From Basidiobolus meristosporus CBS 931.73 (lineage: Eukaryota; Fungi; Basidiobolomycota), in assembly GCA_002104905.1 (NCBI GenBank), contig MCFE01000056.1, positions 131,545-195,544 on the forward strand: DNA of 64,000 nucleotides. Reading direction: 5' to 3'. The stretch's first letter is position 1; each line of letters starts with the position of its first letter. This document shows, piece by piece, positions 1-13,566 of the stretch. Under the pieces are notes generated by a model. It had not been told where the DNA came from. It did no database searches and worked only from the letters and a program-made list of their open reading frames with translations. The position numbers and the translations under genes are program-made.

Positions 1-29
1 AGGTGCTGGGTATTTGCGCTACCAATGTT

Positions 30-2620
30 ACAAGTCTTGATATAGGAGCTGTAGAGGAGTAGGGAGTTTAGCTAGTATTGTATTCACTTAAACTTGAACT
101 GATCTTTATTGAGGTTCCAGCAGCTTCTTATATACATTTTGCTAGATCAATTACAAACTGATTGTATTTCATAATGTAGATTGTGGCTGATTACTCATTT
201 GATTGCATCATGATCACCCAATTAGATCTTACTTAACATATCAATTTCTGTCTAATAAGGATCTGCTGATTCATCTGCTGACTAATGCTACTGATTAGAT
301 AGATACACTGATATACTGATAGGCCAAGCATAAAACTAAATGCTTGTATTAAAAACTGATCTATCTTAAATATTCAAGCTGTAGATATAACACCAAATAA
401 ACATAAACCCATAAGCTGCTACAGCATGCCCTTAAATCCTAAGAAACTCTTCTAACTAGGTGTTAGAGTGGTAATATATCTCCAAAGATATAAATTTATG
501 GAGAAACCTGTTGTTTATTTGATATGCTACTCATTGCAAGGATATTGTTATTAGCAGCCTAGCCAGTGATGGGGAATCTTATTTCAAAGCTTCTCTGTTG
601 GTTAGTATCATTTTTAATTCATCCATGCAGTGAGATCATTAGTGTTGTGGTAATATGCAACCCTGAGGACCTGTGTCACATCTATAATTTTTGCACAGAC
701 AGACCACAATACTCAGACTAGAGTATCTGAGGACATTATTCACCGCAAATAAAATATTACAGTATGGATAAGACTGTTGTCTTCAGATATTCAAAGTAGA
801 TGGCATAGGGCTCACTCCAATTTTAGAAAATACCTTGTAGTAGTTGAGGAGTATTACTCTTCTCACACTGTTCTTATGAAGTAGCCAACAAGGTCAATCC
901 TCACTTAGTAGAAGTGCTAGTAAGCTAGTATATGTGCTGTTTTCAGCATCTTTTAATGCCAGCTAAATCTATTGCAGGTGGCACATCTTAGTAATGCATT
1001 CATGATGTTAGTCATGATCCTTTTCCATTGAAATCTTTTACTTAACCTCTTGTATGCTTTAGGGGGCTAGCAAGTTCTAGTAACCTATGTATTTTGCCTG
1101 TTACTTCTTCACAGGCAGCTACTTGGGGAACCATGTCTCTGAACTCCCCTTGAAGGAATTGTATTTGATTTTCTTGTACATCATTCTATTGCCACTTTCT
1201 TTATTATTCTTTCTTCCAATTGTTTTTATGGCATATGCAAGATACTACTCCCTCTTTTTAAAGCAGGTTGCATTCATGCAACTGTCTCTGATATGAGCCT
1301 GGCAAACTTGAATATTGCTAAGGAAGTCCACATAGTGATGTTTCTTGCCATGGCAGTGAATTATTTCAAAGATGTATTCCAGCTGTTGGAGGGCCTGATG
1401 TGCCAGCTGGCCAGTGAAGTCATTAGTATTCATCAGCCTACCAGTGCACTGAACTGAGTTGTTGTTGTGCTTTGGCAACCATAAAAGTGCATATGGGATT
1501 GTTTAATTACACTAGTAGCATTCAATTATTTTATCTTGTTAATGGGACAATTATGTTTGTGTTTGGTTTGTAAACAGCTCATGTAGCCCCTTAAGTGGAA
1601 TTAGCCTAAGACTTGTAGACTATGATTCTGGTGACTATGTAGAGTGTGTGTTTTGTGTAATTATAGCAGTGTCATTCAGCTATGTGGTCATATTAGCTAT
1701 TGCAGCTGAGATCTCTCATAAATAGAAATCTCAAAAATGAAACTCATCAGATTACATGCATGCATTCTACTGATATTCTCACATAAGCTTACCAGTATTC
1801 TGCTGGTGCTTTTCCTTCAAGCCTTTGGCTCCAATATCAGGGCCAATTGGTAGGAAACTGAGTACCATAACTACCAACAATGCTTGTTGGTCTTGACTCT
1901 TCCTTGATATTATAGCTACAATTATGCCAAGTATTTATGGCCTGATATATTATGTGTTTACATTTCAAGAATCTTAGAGCTCATCTTATAATTTCATTGT
2001 CATCAACTGGCTTTCTCTTGTTTTTCTCTCAGGTAGGATGTTGAATATTTCCTTAGCTGATGGTACTATCAATATCTTTTTAGTCCCTATGAGAGTAATT
2101 TGGCTCCACAGGTAGATCCACTCTGGATCAGCCACCAGGATCTCACATAAGGGCCATTAAAATGCCAGCAGCTTGTAATGACTTATGCATTTTACAATCT
2201 TGTGAGAGTATAGCAATGGTGTTATGCAGTATTCATAATTAAATACAGTATCAAACCTGACATTATTAAAATGGACTTCTTGTGTGGCTTGCATGGCACT
2301 TGAACAGTCTTACAACAGTCTGTAATTATATGAGAGAACCTAACAAGCCAATCTATACAGTTCCCATATATGGTCAAGAGCTTGATGGGGCATTGACTGC
2401 ATATGTGGGGCCTCTGTTAGTATTGTTGTAACAGTACACTGGCCCACAGCTATTCCTTTAGAATGCTGCATTACCAATTTACCAAAGGGTATTTCACTTT
2501 TCCACTGCCTCCTTCTGTCATTGATATACTCTACTGTAGCATCACACATCATTATTTGTTTACCCACTGCCACTATTGATATTTCATACATGGTTTAAAT
2601 AACAAACTATGGCATCCTGC
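30..2620 (-). mobile_element. Degenerate Ty3/Gypsy LTR retrotransposon (RT, RNase H, integrase remnants, LTR-like segment at ~30-380)
   Basis: ORF 1245-1478 GQLAHQALQQLEYIFEIIHCHGKKHHYVDFLS resembles the Gypsy RNase H end (G.LARW.L.LQEYDFEI.HRPGK.H..D.LS). Multiple stops, CpG-depleted. 30-380 is a diverged copy of 3800-4155. Confidence 0.65.
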
Positions 2621-2929
2621 TTATTGACCACTATACATGTAATCCTCTTGATGAGATTAATGTTGAAATATTTGAGAGATTTACTAGAAGTGAATATTCA
2701 AGTTAGAAGATTTGCATAATATTTACCTGTTATTTGATTGAGTTACAGCCCAGTATTTATGTATATTGCAATACAACATAGATGTGCCAATTTGATCATT
2801 ATTAAGGGAATTTCAAGGGTACATGTGCCAAGTTCCAGCTCATTTGGACAAGTTTCAGATTTTCCTAAGATTCTGTAATTCACTAATTTCTAATACTTAG
2901 CAAGTAACTTACAAACCAATGACAAGTAA

Positions 2930-3750
2930 ATAATATGAGATACAATACTTAGCTAAGAGCTAGCTCACAGTATATCAATAATGAGGTGGATTCCAAATTA
3001 TTTCAACAATTGGCAAATGGTAGTACTTGTAACCTGGCACATCTTCCTATCCCCCCACACGTAGAGTTTGTAGGAAACTCCCAGAAGGTGAAGCAAAGTC
3101 CAATATTCTCCACACACCAAGCAAGATAGATTATAGAGGTATCACCATAGGGGCAGAGATATATGCACCCTGCTTTATACTAGTAATACAATGATTCAAG
3201 TCCTGACATGAACTCCTTGCATAAAAGCTGGAGATGCTTAAAGCTAGCATTGGTAATCTATTACTGAATTAGTATTTCTACAATGCTAACATATGGCTCC
3301 CATTGCTTTCAGTGTACTCTGGGTAAAAATTGTTTTGGATATCAACTTTTACAAATGCATATCCACTTCATTCAGTCCTTGCATCCATTTTGCCACATGG
3401 AGCTGTTAACATTGATTGAAGCTAGTGAGCAGAACATAGGGTAGCATATAATCTGTGATATCTTGTTAGTTTGTTCAAGTTTCTCCAGCATCTCAAAGGA
3501 TGCATTTAGATTGAAATGTCCCATATGCACCAAGATTGTAATATTGCAATACTGCTGAAGTGCAAATACATTGTTACTAGTGGTAAGCTTTTGCTCCAGC
3601 AATTCCCTCTATCTTGGGTATCTTCAGATTGGAATAATATCATATTCTTGTTAATGGCATATAGCTTCCCACCTTTGCTACTGCTGCATGATGACTGCTC
3701 TACATTCTGTCTGTGTCATGATAATGCTCTTACTTTTGGGATTTAGATAA
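2930..3750 (-). mobile_element. Degenerate CACTA/EnSpm (Plavaka-like) transposase fragment, copy 1
   Basis: ORF 3372-3602 is homologous to + strand ORF 7271-7561 (LEQKL.T.SN..A.QQY...HF.LN..FE.LEKLE.T.KI...IC.P). Confidence 0.55.
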
Positions 3751-3799
3751 ATGTAATGCAGGTGTGCTTTGGAGTAGGTCCCCCAGATCTCACATATGT

Positions 3800-6660
3800 A
3801 GTTACAAATGTTATATAAGAGTTGTGAAGAAATGGAAGGCTTAGCTAGTATTGTATTTACTAGAACTTGCACTAATCTTTGTTGAGATTCCAGCAGCCCC
3901 TTACATAGATTTTGCCAGATCAATTGCTGACTAATTGTATTTTCTGATGTAGGTTGTGGCTGATGGCCCATCTAATTGCATCATCATCACCCAACTAGAT
4001 CTCACTTGATATACCCATATCTGTCTGACAAGGATCTGATGATCTGTCTGATGACTAATACTATGGATTTGATAGATATTACTGATGTACAGATAAGCTA
4101 ATCATAAAACTACCTGCTTTGACTAAAAACTGATCTAACTTAAATATTCAAGCAGCTGATCTTAGCACTCTTGCCAAATAAAGCTGAAAGTGTTCTTCTG
4201 TATCTCTTTTATTGTGATACCAGTATCTTAAAGGTTCAGCATTGTCAGTAAGTCTTGCAGGCTTTGGTCTGTCTCTGTGAACTAAATCTTCTTGAATATT
4301 TCCTTGTTGGTCCATTAGCTGGTAAGTTACAAATGGACATTCTCTAATGATCTTGAAAGGTCCCATCCTTTGTGGCTCAAACTTCTTCCAAGTGTTGTTT
4401 CTCAGCAATACAAAGTTCCCCACTGTCAATGCTTCTGGTGACATAGTCCCTATGAAAATTATTGTGATGATCCCATTAAAAGGCCATTACAGATTCTAAG
4501 TTTCATGACTAAGAGGTATTGATTCCATAAGGACACTGCACAAAGAACATCTAAAAGTAATTGCACCACAGATATCATAAAAAACTTAGTCAAAATTTTT
4601 CCTCACAATAATACAAAAGTGGCTTCCAATTAGTTCTTTGCCAATTTTCTCACCATCTGATCCCAGACCCTCTATCACCTCCTACATTTGTGTGAATTGA
4701 TTGGTTATTGCCTCTTTTTCACACTCCTTACTACCTGACTCAACCATTTCTCCTATTTTTTCTGCATACAAATTGATTTATTTCTGCTTAAACTTCAGTT
4801 GTACCTCAATTGTTAATTATATTGACCTATACAAGTACCTTTATCCTACACTAACATTAAGCCTAGACCCACACTCAACAAGCAACTCCATTAAAATCCA
4901 CTACTCAATAAGTATTTCTGCTGTTATGCTGTGTTTTAACAACTTTGACAGGAACCCTGCAGCTTTATGCCATTATTCATTCACTGGTTCCAATACGTCC
5001 TGGTCTTCAGCCAGCACTGCAAGGTCTAGCTCCTCATCTGCTAGTTGTTGCAATAAGTCCTTGCAATATTCAAGTGCATTTTCTTGAGCACTGCGCTGGG
5101 ATAAGGGCTGCAACCTCCTGATATGCCTATTAATGTTCCAATATTCCACCAAAGGCATTGTGATAACCTTCTGAGTTCTTGATATTGCTACTTAGTCTGT
5201 CAGTGGGATCTCCACTCTGTCAACAATGGAGGACATGGAGGCTGTGGTAGACATATTGCCTCTCTCTGCAAACTCATCTACCTCACTGCAGTGTAGCTTA
5301 ACTGGATGTGCCTCCAACTGTTGTGAAACAGCTATTTTCTTGCTGTTAATTCTTTAAGGCTATGATACAATTCAATCTGTTCAGGGCTCACAGCATTGAT
5401 TGGCAAGAACTGCAGCTTTTTTTGTATGCTACCCTGTCTCTGGCTTGAGTACACTTTTTCCCCTTTATCTTTTCTTTCATCACTGCCAGGTCTTTCACTG
5501 CTACTTTGACTGAGTGCCTCTTGAGTAATACTGCACTTTTTCCTTGGTAAATGTTGTGCTGGTATATATGTGTCTGCCTACTTTTCTCTTATCAGCATTC
5601 TTCCAGCCACCTGATGCCTCTTTGATGCTTGTTTAGAGCTTTTGGTCCTGCTTGTAACAGGCTCTTGAGGAAGCCAGTGGTTTTTAGCCATGGCACCCTT
5701 GTTCTTCTGCTGTTGACAGTTTCTGCTATTCTTGAGATACATTTTTAGCATATCAATGCTGGCCCAGAATCTGTTTGCTTGTTTGAATCCAGGATAATGC
5801 TCATGGTGCAAGTCAAGCACATTCTGCTTGGCCTTGCATTCCTGACAGTCCCATGGTATGCTGGCCTTCAAGTGTTGGCATGCAGTACTTCTAACAGCCT
5901 CTTGCATATTAGCTCACACTTCATCATTGCACTCAAAGGCTTCACAGATATTCAATGTCTTTTGACTTTTAGGCTTTGGTATAAATACTACATTTTCCCC
6001 CTCACATGCTATAATAGGTTTTCTGTGGGCCTTATCTTTGGGCATTGTTGTTGTGCTTCAATGACTGTATGGTGTTCCTCTGCTGTTACATTGGGAAATG
6101 GCCCAATTCTTGGCTGTGACATTTAGCTACTTGAGTTCCTTCTTGGCAACAAAGATAATGTTTTCTCTACCTTGGATATTGATTGTTTTTACACCTTTCA
6201 TCTGCTCATCTTGTTTCTGGACTATTTCCTGATTTCTCTGGGCCATTGAATCTATCCTATCAGCCACTGCACCTAATTGTCTCATTAATGCTTTGTAGGA
6301 GCTGACAACATGCTTGCTAATACAGGTGATGGTGATGTTATCACAGCCACTTGCTGGTCTTCAGCTGATGGTAGTGCTTTTGCTACATTGTCATCTGCCT
6401 CAGCAATATGGTCAGCTTGTGGCTCCACAGAAATTCCTAATAGCCTACTTGACTGTGAGCCTGAGGAGTCTGCATTATTCCCTTCAGTGGGCACACTGAC
6501 CTTAGGGTCTTTTTTGGTTGTAGCCCCACTTGTTGCACTGAATGTCCAGGCAAGCTGTTGTCCAACCATTCTTCTGCTGCTGTCAGCAGTGGGGTGTGGT
6601 TGGGAACCAGACAACTTTGCTTTATTTTTTGGTGGCATATATATATATGGAAGTGAGTCA
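3800..6660 (-). mobile_element. Degenerate Ty3/Gypsy element (gag-like 5' ORF, integrase C-terminus, LTR-like 3800-4155)
   Basis: ORF 4148-4444 VGNFVLLR...KFEPQRMGPFKII has the GPY/F integrase module. It is followed by a ~350-bp segment repeated at 30-380. Confidence 0.65.
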
Positions 6661-6759
6661 AACCCAAGGGGATATGGTGTTATAGATACATGTGTATATG
6701 GTTCCAGAACTTTATTTGTAATGCTTACTATGGTGGGTCATCATTGAATCTTACATTTA

Positions 6760-7560
6760 TGTAGGTGCAATGTCTCAAATACAAGACTGTTATAAATACT
6801 GGCCACTGATCTTATCAACTTGAATCTACCACCAATCTTATGGACCAGAGCAGAACTCTGGTGGTAGTCTCACAGGTATCTGGGCCTAAATTGCTATCCA
6901 ACCTGGTTAGCTACCTGTATTCATTGCTGGATAAGCTTTGTATGCTTTCCAGTGGGATAGCAATAAATGGCCATCATGTAAAAGAGCCTATTATTATCTG
7001 CATTAGAGATACCCCAGCCATCAGCAAGATAGGTGGCTTTACTGGGCACAATGTATGGTATTGCTGTCAAATGTGTGAGATTCAGGGGACTTACTCCACA
7101 ACTCATGCACATTATTATTACCCAAACACCAACACTAAGAACATCATCTTTCTACTGAGAGGACATACAGAAGTCAGCATGCAATTACAGTAAAGTTGGC
7201 AAGCTATAAGCCATTGACCAGAATATGAGATTAAATGGAGACCAGAGATACTTAAGATAGAGGGTATCTGTTGGAGCAAAAGCTTTCCACTGGGAGCAAT
7301 GCATATGCTTTTCAGCAATATCCCTATACTGATTACCAAGTGTACAAGGGGCATTTCAAGCTAAATGAGCCCTTTGAGATACTGGAGAAACTTGAAAGAA
7401 CTGGCAAGATATTAAAGAGTATCTGCCACCCTAAGTACTTCTCATGGGCTCCAATCAACATTCATATGCATATGCAGCAATACAAGTGTCAGGACTGGAT
7501 GAACTGGATATTTATTTATTCAAGTGGCCTTCTAAAGCCATTTCTACCTGATGGAAAATA
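6760..7560 (+). mobile_element. Degenerate CACTA/EnSpm (Plavaka-like) transposase fragment, copy 2
   Basis: RDTPAISKIGGFTGHNVWYCCQMCEIQG...HYYYP matches the D.PA..K..GF.GHN....C..C motif of fungal CMC/EnSpm-type transposases; DWMNWIFIYS follows. Confidence 0.6.
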
Positions 7561-10191
7561 AAACTTGGGACTAAGTCAAATCATCAATCAACCAAAAATC
7601 AATTGGATGCAGATGGGTCTTCAAGACAAAATACAAGGCTGATGGTACAATTGAAAGATACAAAGCAAGACTTGTGGCCAGACAATACTCTCAAGCAAAA
7701 GGACTTGACTATACTGAGACCTTTGCACTGGTAGCCAAGCTTTAATTCCATCAGATTAATATTGGCTATTGCAGCCAAATATAAGTTTTTTATTCATCAA
7801 ATGGATATAAAAACTGCATTTTTGAATGGAGAACTTGACAAGGACATGTATATGGACCAGCCTGATGGGCTTGTTGACCAAGATAACCCTTGTTTGGTCT
7901 ACAAGCTCAAAAAGTCACTATATGGTCTCAAACAATCACCAAGAGCCTGGAATTGCAAGATATATTCTTATTTGAAATCTCCAAGTTTCAAAAGGAGTAA
8001 TGCTGACTATAGTATATACTGTTAGCCAGATAGAGCAAATCCAGTTATAATAGCTCTATATGTGGATGATCTTATTATAGCCACCAATACCTAGAAACAT
8101 TGGAAGAGACTAAATCCAGCCTATACAAGGAGTTCAAGATGTCCGATCTAGGAGAACTCAGCTACTACTTGGGGATTAAGTTCTCCATAGACAGAAGTAC
8201 CCAGACTATTACCCTAAGCCAATCCAAGTATATTCACAATATATTAAAGAAGTACAAAATGGAAGACTGTAAACCAACAGCTACCCCAATGGAGACCAAC
8301 CTTAACTTGGTCAAAACTCAACCAAATCAAGAGAGCTTGGTGCCATCTGAAAGCCCTGAATTTCCTTAGCAATCTATGATCGGTAGTCTGACTGTGTATA
8401 TCATGCTTGGAACACGTCCAGATATCTCATATTCAGTAGGGAGTTGTCAGCCAACATAATCAGAACTATGGATCTGATCATATTGCAGCAGTTAAGCGGA
8501 TTTTTAGATACCTGAAAAGGAACTGCTGATATCTGCTTAAGATACACTTATAAGGACTCAGAACAGGATCTTGTGGGATACTCTGATGCGGATTGGGACA
8601 GAATTTGGAAGACAGAAGATCCACCACAGATTACACCTTCTTTACTGTAAAGGAGCAATTTCATGGAATTCAAGAAAGCAACCAACTGTAGCACTTTCTA
8701 CCACAGAGGCAGAGTATATGGCAGCCTGTGAAGCTACAAAAGAAGCAATGTGGCTAAGAAAGCTTTTTACAGATTTAGGCCTATGTCAAAAACATGCCTA
8801 TTACTTTATTTCAAGATAATCAAGGATGTATACAATTAGGTAGAAATCCAACTTTCATGCTAATACTAAGCACACTTAGATAAGATATTAGGCATCATTT
8901 CATATGTGAAGCTATAGAGAATAACTTAGTTAGCTTAGCTTACTGCCCTTCAGATGAAATGATTGCAGACATATTTACAAACCATTAGCTAGAGACAAGT
9001 ATGAATATCTTACGTCAAAATTGGGACTAGTCAGTATGAGCATTTAGCGGAGTGGGAGTGTTGTAATAATTTGGAATTCCACCTAAATATTCACCTAACT
9101 TAGTCACTTAGATCATTATCTTCATATCCTAGAGAATACTGACCAAATTCCTTGTTGGGATTTGCTTGGAATATTTTCACCAAAATACCAGGTACCCAGA
9201 ACATGAAAATTTTCAAAGTTGTCCAAACAGCCCTAAACTTTGCACACATGTTCTTGAGACCTTCCTTGGCCTATTCTATGTGCTTGTTATGCTAAGACTA
9301 TGTAAAAGTATAAATACTACTTTTACATCAGATTTGTTCCACTGGATATAGTGCCACACTGAGCCATGAGTGCCAAATGATACCGTAGTGTATCAGGGAG
9401 GCCAAGTGAGCCTATACTTGGCCACAGAGTGTGAAACATAGCTCTGCATCTTCATGCAGAGCAGCCCCTGTGTTTTACCCATTGTACTAGAGAGAATCCA
9501 TTTTTTGACCTTTTTTTTGGATCAATGTTATGTAGGATGTGTAAGAGCACAAAAGGAATGAAAACATACATCTGGTACTCAATACCCATGGCACTCTGAA
9601 TCTATCTCCTGTATCTTGTATCAAGTCACAAAAATGTATGGCACTATCTTGGTCCACTGGTACTATCTGGCACTCTAAGTGCTTTATATGGGTTTTACTT
9701 TATGGCTGATATTTAAATATAGTGCCTGATAGTACCAGTGGACCAAGATAGTGCCATATGTTTTTGTGACTTGATACAAGCAACAGGAGATAGATTCAGA
9801 GTGCCATGGGTATTGAGTACCAGATGCATGTCTTCATTCCTTCTGTGCTCTTACACATCCTGCACAGCACTGATCCAAAAAAAAGGTTAAAAAATGGATT
9901 TTCTCCAGCAAAATAGGTAAAACACAGGGGCTGCTTTGCATGAAGATGCAGAGCTATGTTTCACACTCTGAGGCCAAGTTTAGGTCTGCAATGCCTTTCT
10001 AGCATGCAATGGCACTATTTGGTACTCATGGCTCAATGTGGCACTATCCAACAGAACAAGTCTATTCAATAAATCATTAAGTGAAAACCACATAATCTAC
10101 TTGTCCTCCCAATCACTTCCAATATCTCCAAGACTCTTACAATACAAAAAGCATAATCTCTTACACATTGAAACAATGATCTGTTACAACA
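7560..10191 (+). mobile_element. Degenerate Ty1/Copia element: RT, RNase H, PPT and 3' LTR (LTR from 9059, interrupted by a foldback element)
   Basis: [55 protein letters not shown]; PPT GCGGAGTGGGAG before TGTTG at 9059. Confidence 0.9.
9330..10063. mobile_element. Foldback / MITE-like element, nearly fully palindromic (~350-bp arms, ~40-bp spacer)
   Basis: 9330-9680 is the reverse complement of ~9720-10063 (e.g. GTGCCACACTGAGCCATGAG versus CTCATGGCTCAATGTGGCAC). It splits the Copia LTR motif TTTTACATTCAATAAATC; possible 3-bp TSD ATC/ATT. Confidence 0.8.
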
Positions 10192-11233
10192 CAACTGTGT
10201 TTGGTAGCCAATGAATATGTTGTGTTTTGCTGAGGACAAGTAGACAAATGTCTTAGAAAATATTGCACCTGGATTACCCTCATTTCAGTTGGGGTCAGGG
10301 TCAGCACCCTGACAGCAGAGATATTTAAGGTTGGAAATTTAACTGAAAACTACCAGCAGAATACCAGTGGTATGCCAGTGAAGTACCAGTAGCAGTTTGT
10401 ATGAAGTCCAAGCAGGATCTTTTTCAAAAGGTACATGATTTACACCAGCTCTGGTTCCCACCCTCCCATAACCTTTGGTGAAGCATTCTTACTGGAATTT
10501 TCTTGGCCATGAAACAGATGCACATCAACCACAAAACAACTTCGTAGGCTATTCATTACCACTGAAAATAATGAGAATACTGAGCATTTTCGGATTCCTC
10601 ATACTTGACCAAAAAGCCTGGATGGAGGTGTGTTGGCTGTTGCAGGTCTTAAGGACCAGGCATATGATCGAAAATGGAGCATATCATCCAGGTTGGGATG
10701 ATTCACAAAAGAGGGAACGGAAGGGATAGAGAAATATATGAAAGATATGTGCCCAGTTTAGGGTCACATAGACGCCCTAATATTGTTGGTACAATTCCAA
10801 CCAGATACTCATGGGAACCAAGTCCAAATCGGCCTGATACATATGATTCATCGAGAGCAATGCTGATTACCAGCAACAGGCATAAATTCAATAAGCTAAT
10901 AGGTTCAAAACACCAACTCCCTCCACCTCCACTCACTCAGCTCTTACGACCACTGGCTTCGAACCTCCCACCTACAATCTCTTCGAAACCATCCGAATTG
11001 TGCACAGTTGTGGCTATAAATGATAAGGAGGTTTTCAACCGAAGCGATTTCTAGATAACACTGTAGAACGCAGTGCCTATTCTTACGGGCTGCGGATGAT
11101 CCGAGATGATATATCGAGATTGGTGGAACATCGCGGACGATGATCCAAATAGGTCGATGAGGCATATTTGCCATTGCCTGAGGGCCAATATATATATCTC
11201 CGGGATAAAGACCGGTGGAGCCATACGAAATTC

Positions 11234-11896
11234 ATGAACGCCTTCACCGTGAGTCAGAATTTTCGAGTCGCTCCTTGGAGGCTGCGTGGCCTGGCGTGGA
11301 GCAGGCTGGCGGTTATTCCTAGGGCGTACAGCAGTAGTTGTTGTCAGCACCAGACCAAGAAGGAGGACAGCCACCCCCCGGGTTCCGACCACTCGCTCCC
11401 CGTCTCTAACCTGTCGTTCTGGTCGGACTCAACCGTGTGGAAACGGGCTGGGATCAACACCACCCGCTGCCTCGTTGGTTGCTCCTTGGGGGACCTCAGC
11501 ATGTTCATGTACCTGACCCATTACCACCCGGACGTGTCCATACTTTACAGCATGCCGTTGTCCATGGCGGCAGGGCTTGGCACCTCCATCGCGCTGGAGA
11601 CGGTGTTCCTGTATTACAAGGAGCGGTTCAACTCGGTCAAACAGGCGTTCCGAACCGCCGCCGGCATGAGTCTGATCTCCATGCTGGTTATGGAGGCGTC
11701 CGAGAACCTGGTGAATCTGTACACCACCAACCAGTTGGTCAAGGCGACCGGTTGCTCGTTGGCCGAGCTGACGTTGGCCAACAACGGGGTCGCCACGCTG
11801 GGTAGCATCCTCAGCGTCTCCATGTTGGCCGGATTTCTGGCTCCGTTGCCATACAATTATTTCAAGTTGAAAAAGTACGGGCGTGGTTGTCACTAA
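11234..11896 (+). CDS. DUF4396-family membrane protein with probable mitochondrial presequence
   Basis: TTRCLVGCSLGD, SMAAGLGTSIALET, AFRTAAGMSLISMLVMEASEN, LAGFLAPLPYNY..LKKYGRGCH; Arg-rich N-terminus from ATG 11234; intronless. Confidence 0.75.
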   Translation: MNAFTVSQNFRVAPWRLRGLAWSRLAVIPRAYSSSCCQHQTKKEDSHPPGSDHSLPVSNLSFWSDSTVWKRAGINTTRCLVGCSLGDLSMFMYLTHYHPDVSILYSMPLSMAAGLGTSIALETVFLYYKERFNSVKQAFRTAAGMSLISMLVMEASENLVNLYTTNQLVKATGCSLAELTLANNGVATLGSILSVSMLAGFLAPLPYNYFKLKKYGRGCH

Positions 11897-12021
11897 ACTC
11901 AGTCCAATCCCATCCAATCCCATCCAATAAATCCATCTCCTTCACAATCAGTTTGATTTGTTTACTCTTGATGCACCATATTTATTGTGATCGATCCTCA
12001 CTCCATGGAGCGATCGTGAAG

Positions 12022-13533
12022 ATGGGCTCTCCCTCAATCCAAATAACGCCCAAGTAAGTATCGCTCTGTATCGTCAAGTCACTTTCAGCCAGCTTATCCG
12101 AGTCCCCTAGGCTTTTTCAGGAGAAACCCACCGACCAACCTACACCGAATGAGCCAAGCCCGTTCAACTTAAGTGACGACGAGTTTTGGGAAGAATGGGG
12201 ACAAACGGTCCAAGTCAATCCCGCCCTTCCTAACCAACAAGAGGGCCCCGAGAGCGGACTTCAAAAGCGGCAACTTCAACTGAAGGAGCGCCCTTTCCCC
12301 TTCAACAAAATCTTCACCGAAACACCGCCATACCACCCATACGACGAGCAACAAGGGACGCCTTCACCCTTGTACCCAAATACACCCGAGAACCCCGAGT
12401 TTACCCCACTCGGCCCCACCTACTCTACAAACTCCAACCCTTTCAACACTTCCGATTCCACCTTCGCCTTCACCCCCAACCAAAACCCCAATGAGAGCCC
12501 CTGCGACACGAACCAGGAGGAGTTCTGGAGAGAGTGGGCCGAAGAGTTCAAAACTCCCCCCTCCACCATAAATCATCCTACTCGACCGGCCGAGAATAGC
12601 CTCGGTAGGGTGTTCACTCCGGAAGAGATCGACTTGACCAATTCACCCACGGCAACCCCTTCCCCGGACCTCAAGAAGGCTTCTCTGGATTCACCAGACA
12701 GCGCGAACCTTCCCTCCTTGGCGTTCGTCACTGTGAGAAGGACCGGACGTCGCGACAGGCGGTTCCAGTTGAGAAACTCCACCCCGGGATCACCGCTTAA
12801 CCCCAATAATCGCAAGGCTGACAACAGGAGCAACATCCATAGCGTCGCCGATCGATTCTCCGCTATTCAGCTGGACAGTGAGGAGGAGGGAGAGGTCGGG
12901 AAGGAATCGAGTCCACCACGGGGGAACAAACCCGAGGGTCCCACCGAAATGGACGACGAGGAGTCGTTGAGTGAGGCGTTCTACACCCCTGCACCTAGAG
13001 GTCGCCGAAGAATGGTGATTCTAAGCGATGAAGAATCCGATGGTGAGGAGGAAGCCGCCGCGGAGAGTCCACTACCCGAGATCAGGCCCGAGACCGAGAC
13101 GGAGTCCGAGGAATCTGAGCATGAGACCTTGGAATTCAACGTGGACTCCGAGGCGACCATGATCGAAACGAATTCCAGCCTGAATTGCACCCCGGAGAAA
13201 TTGAGTGAGGACCGGGTCGATAGTCCGGACAGCCTGTTTACGGTCAAGCGAAGAATCAAGCCCAACCGACTCTTGGTGGTGGACAGTGATGACGAGAACT
13301 CCGATTCGGAAACATCCCAACCTCAACCTCCCACTCCCCCCTTCCAATCTATTGAGGTGGACCTGAACGACCCTGAGTTCGATAGAGCACACAATGCTAC
13401 CCCCGACAACCCTCCGCATCGGGATGTTCAAAGCTCGATCTTTGACACCCCTGAGGATATCCAACCGCCCAAGTTCACTGTAGATAGCGACAACGAGATG
13501 GACGGCAATTCCGAAACCGAAGGTACCTCCCCC

Positions 13534-13566
<33 letters not shown>

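Noticed and set aside
10475-11174. Short ORFs between the TE block and DUF4396
   Set aside because: No recognisable motif or consistent exon structure
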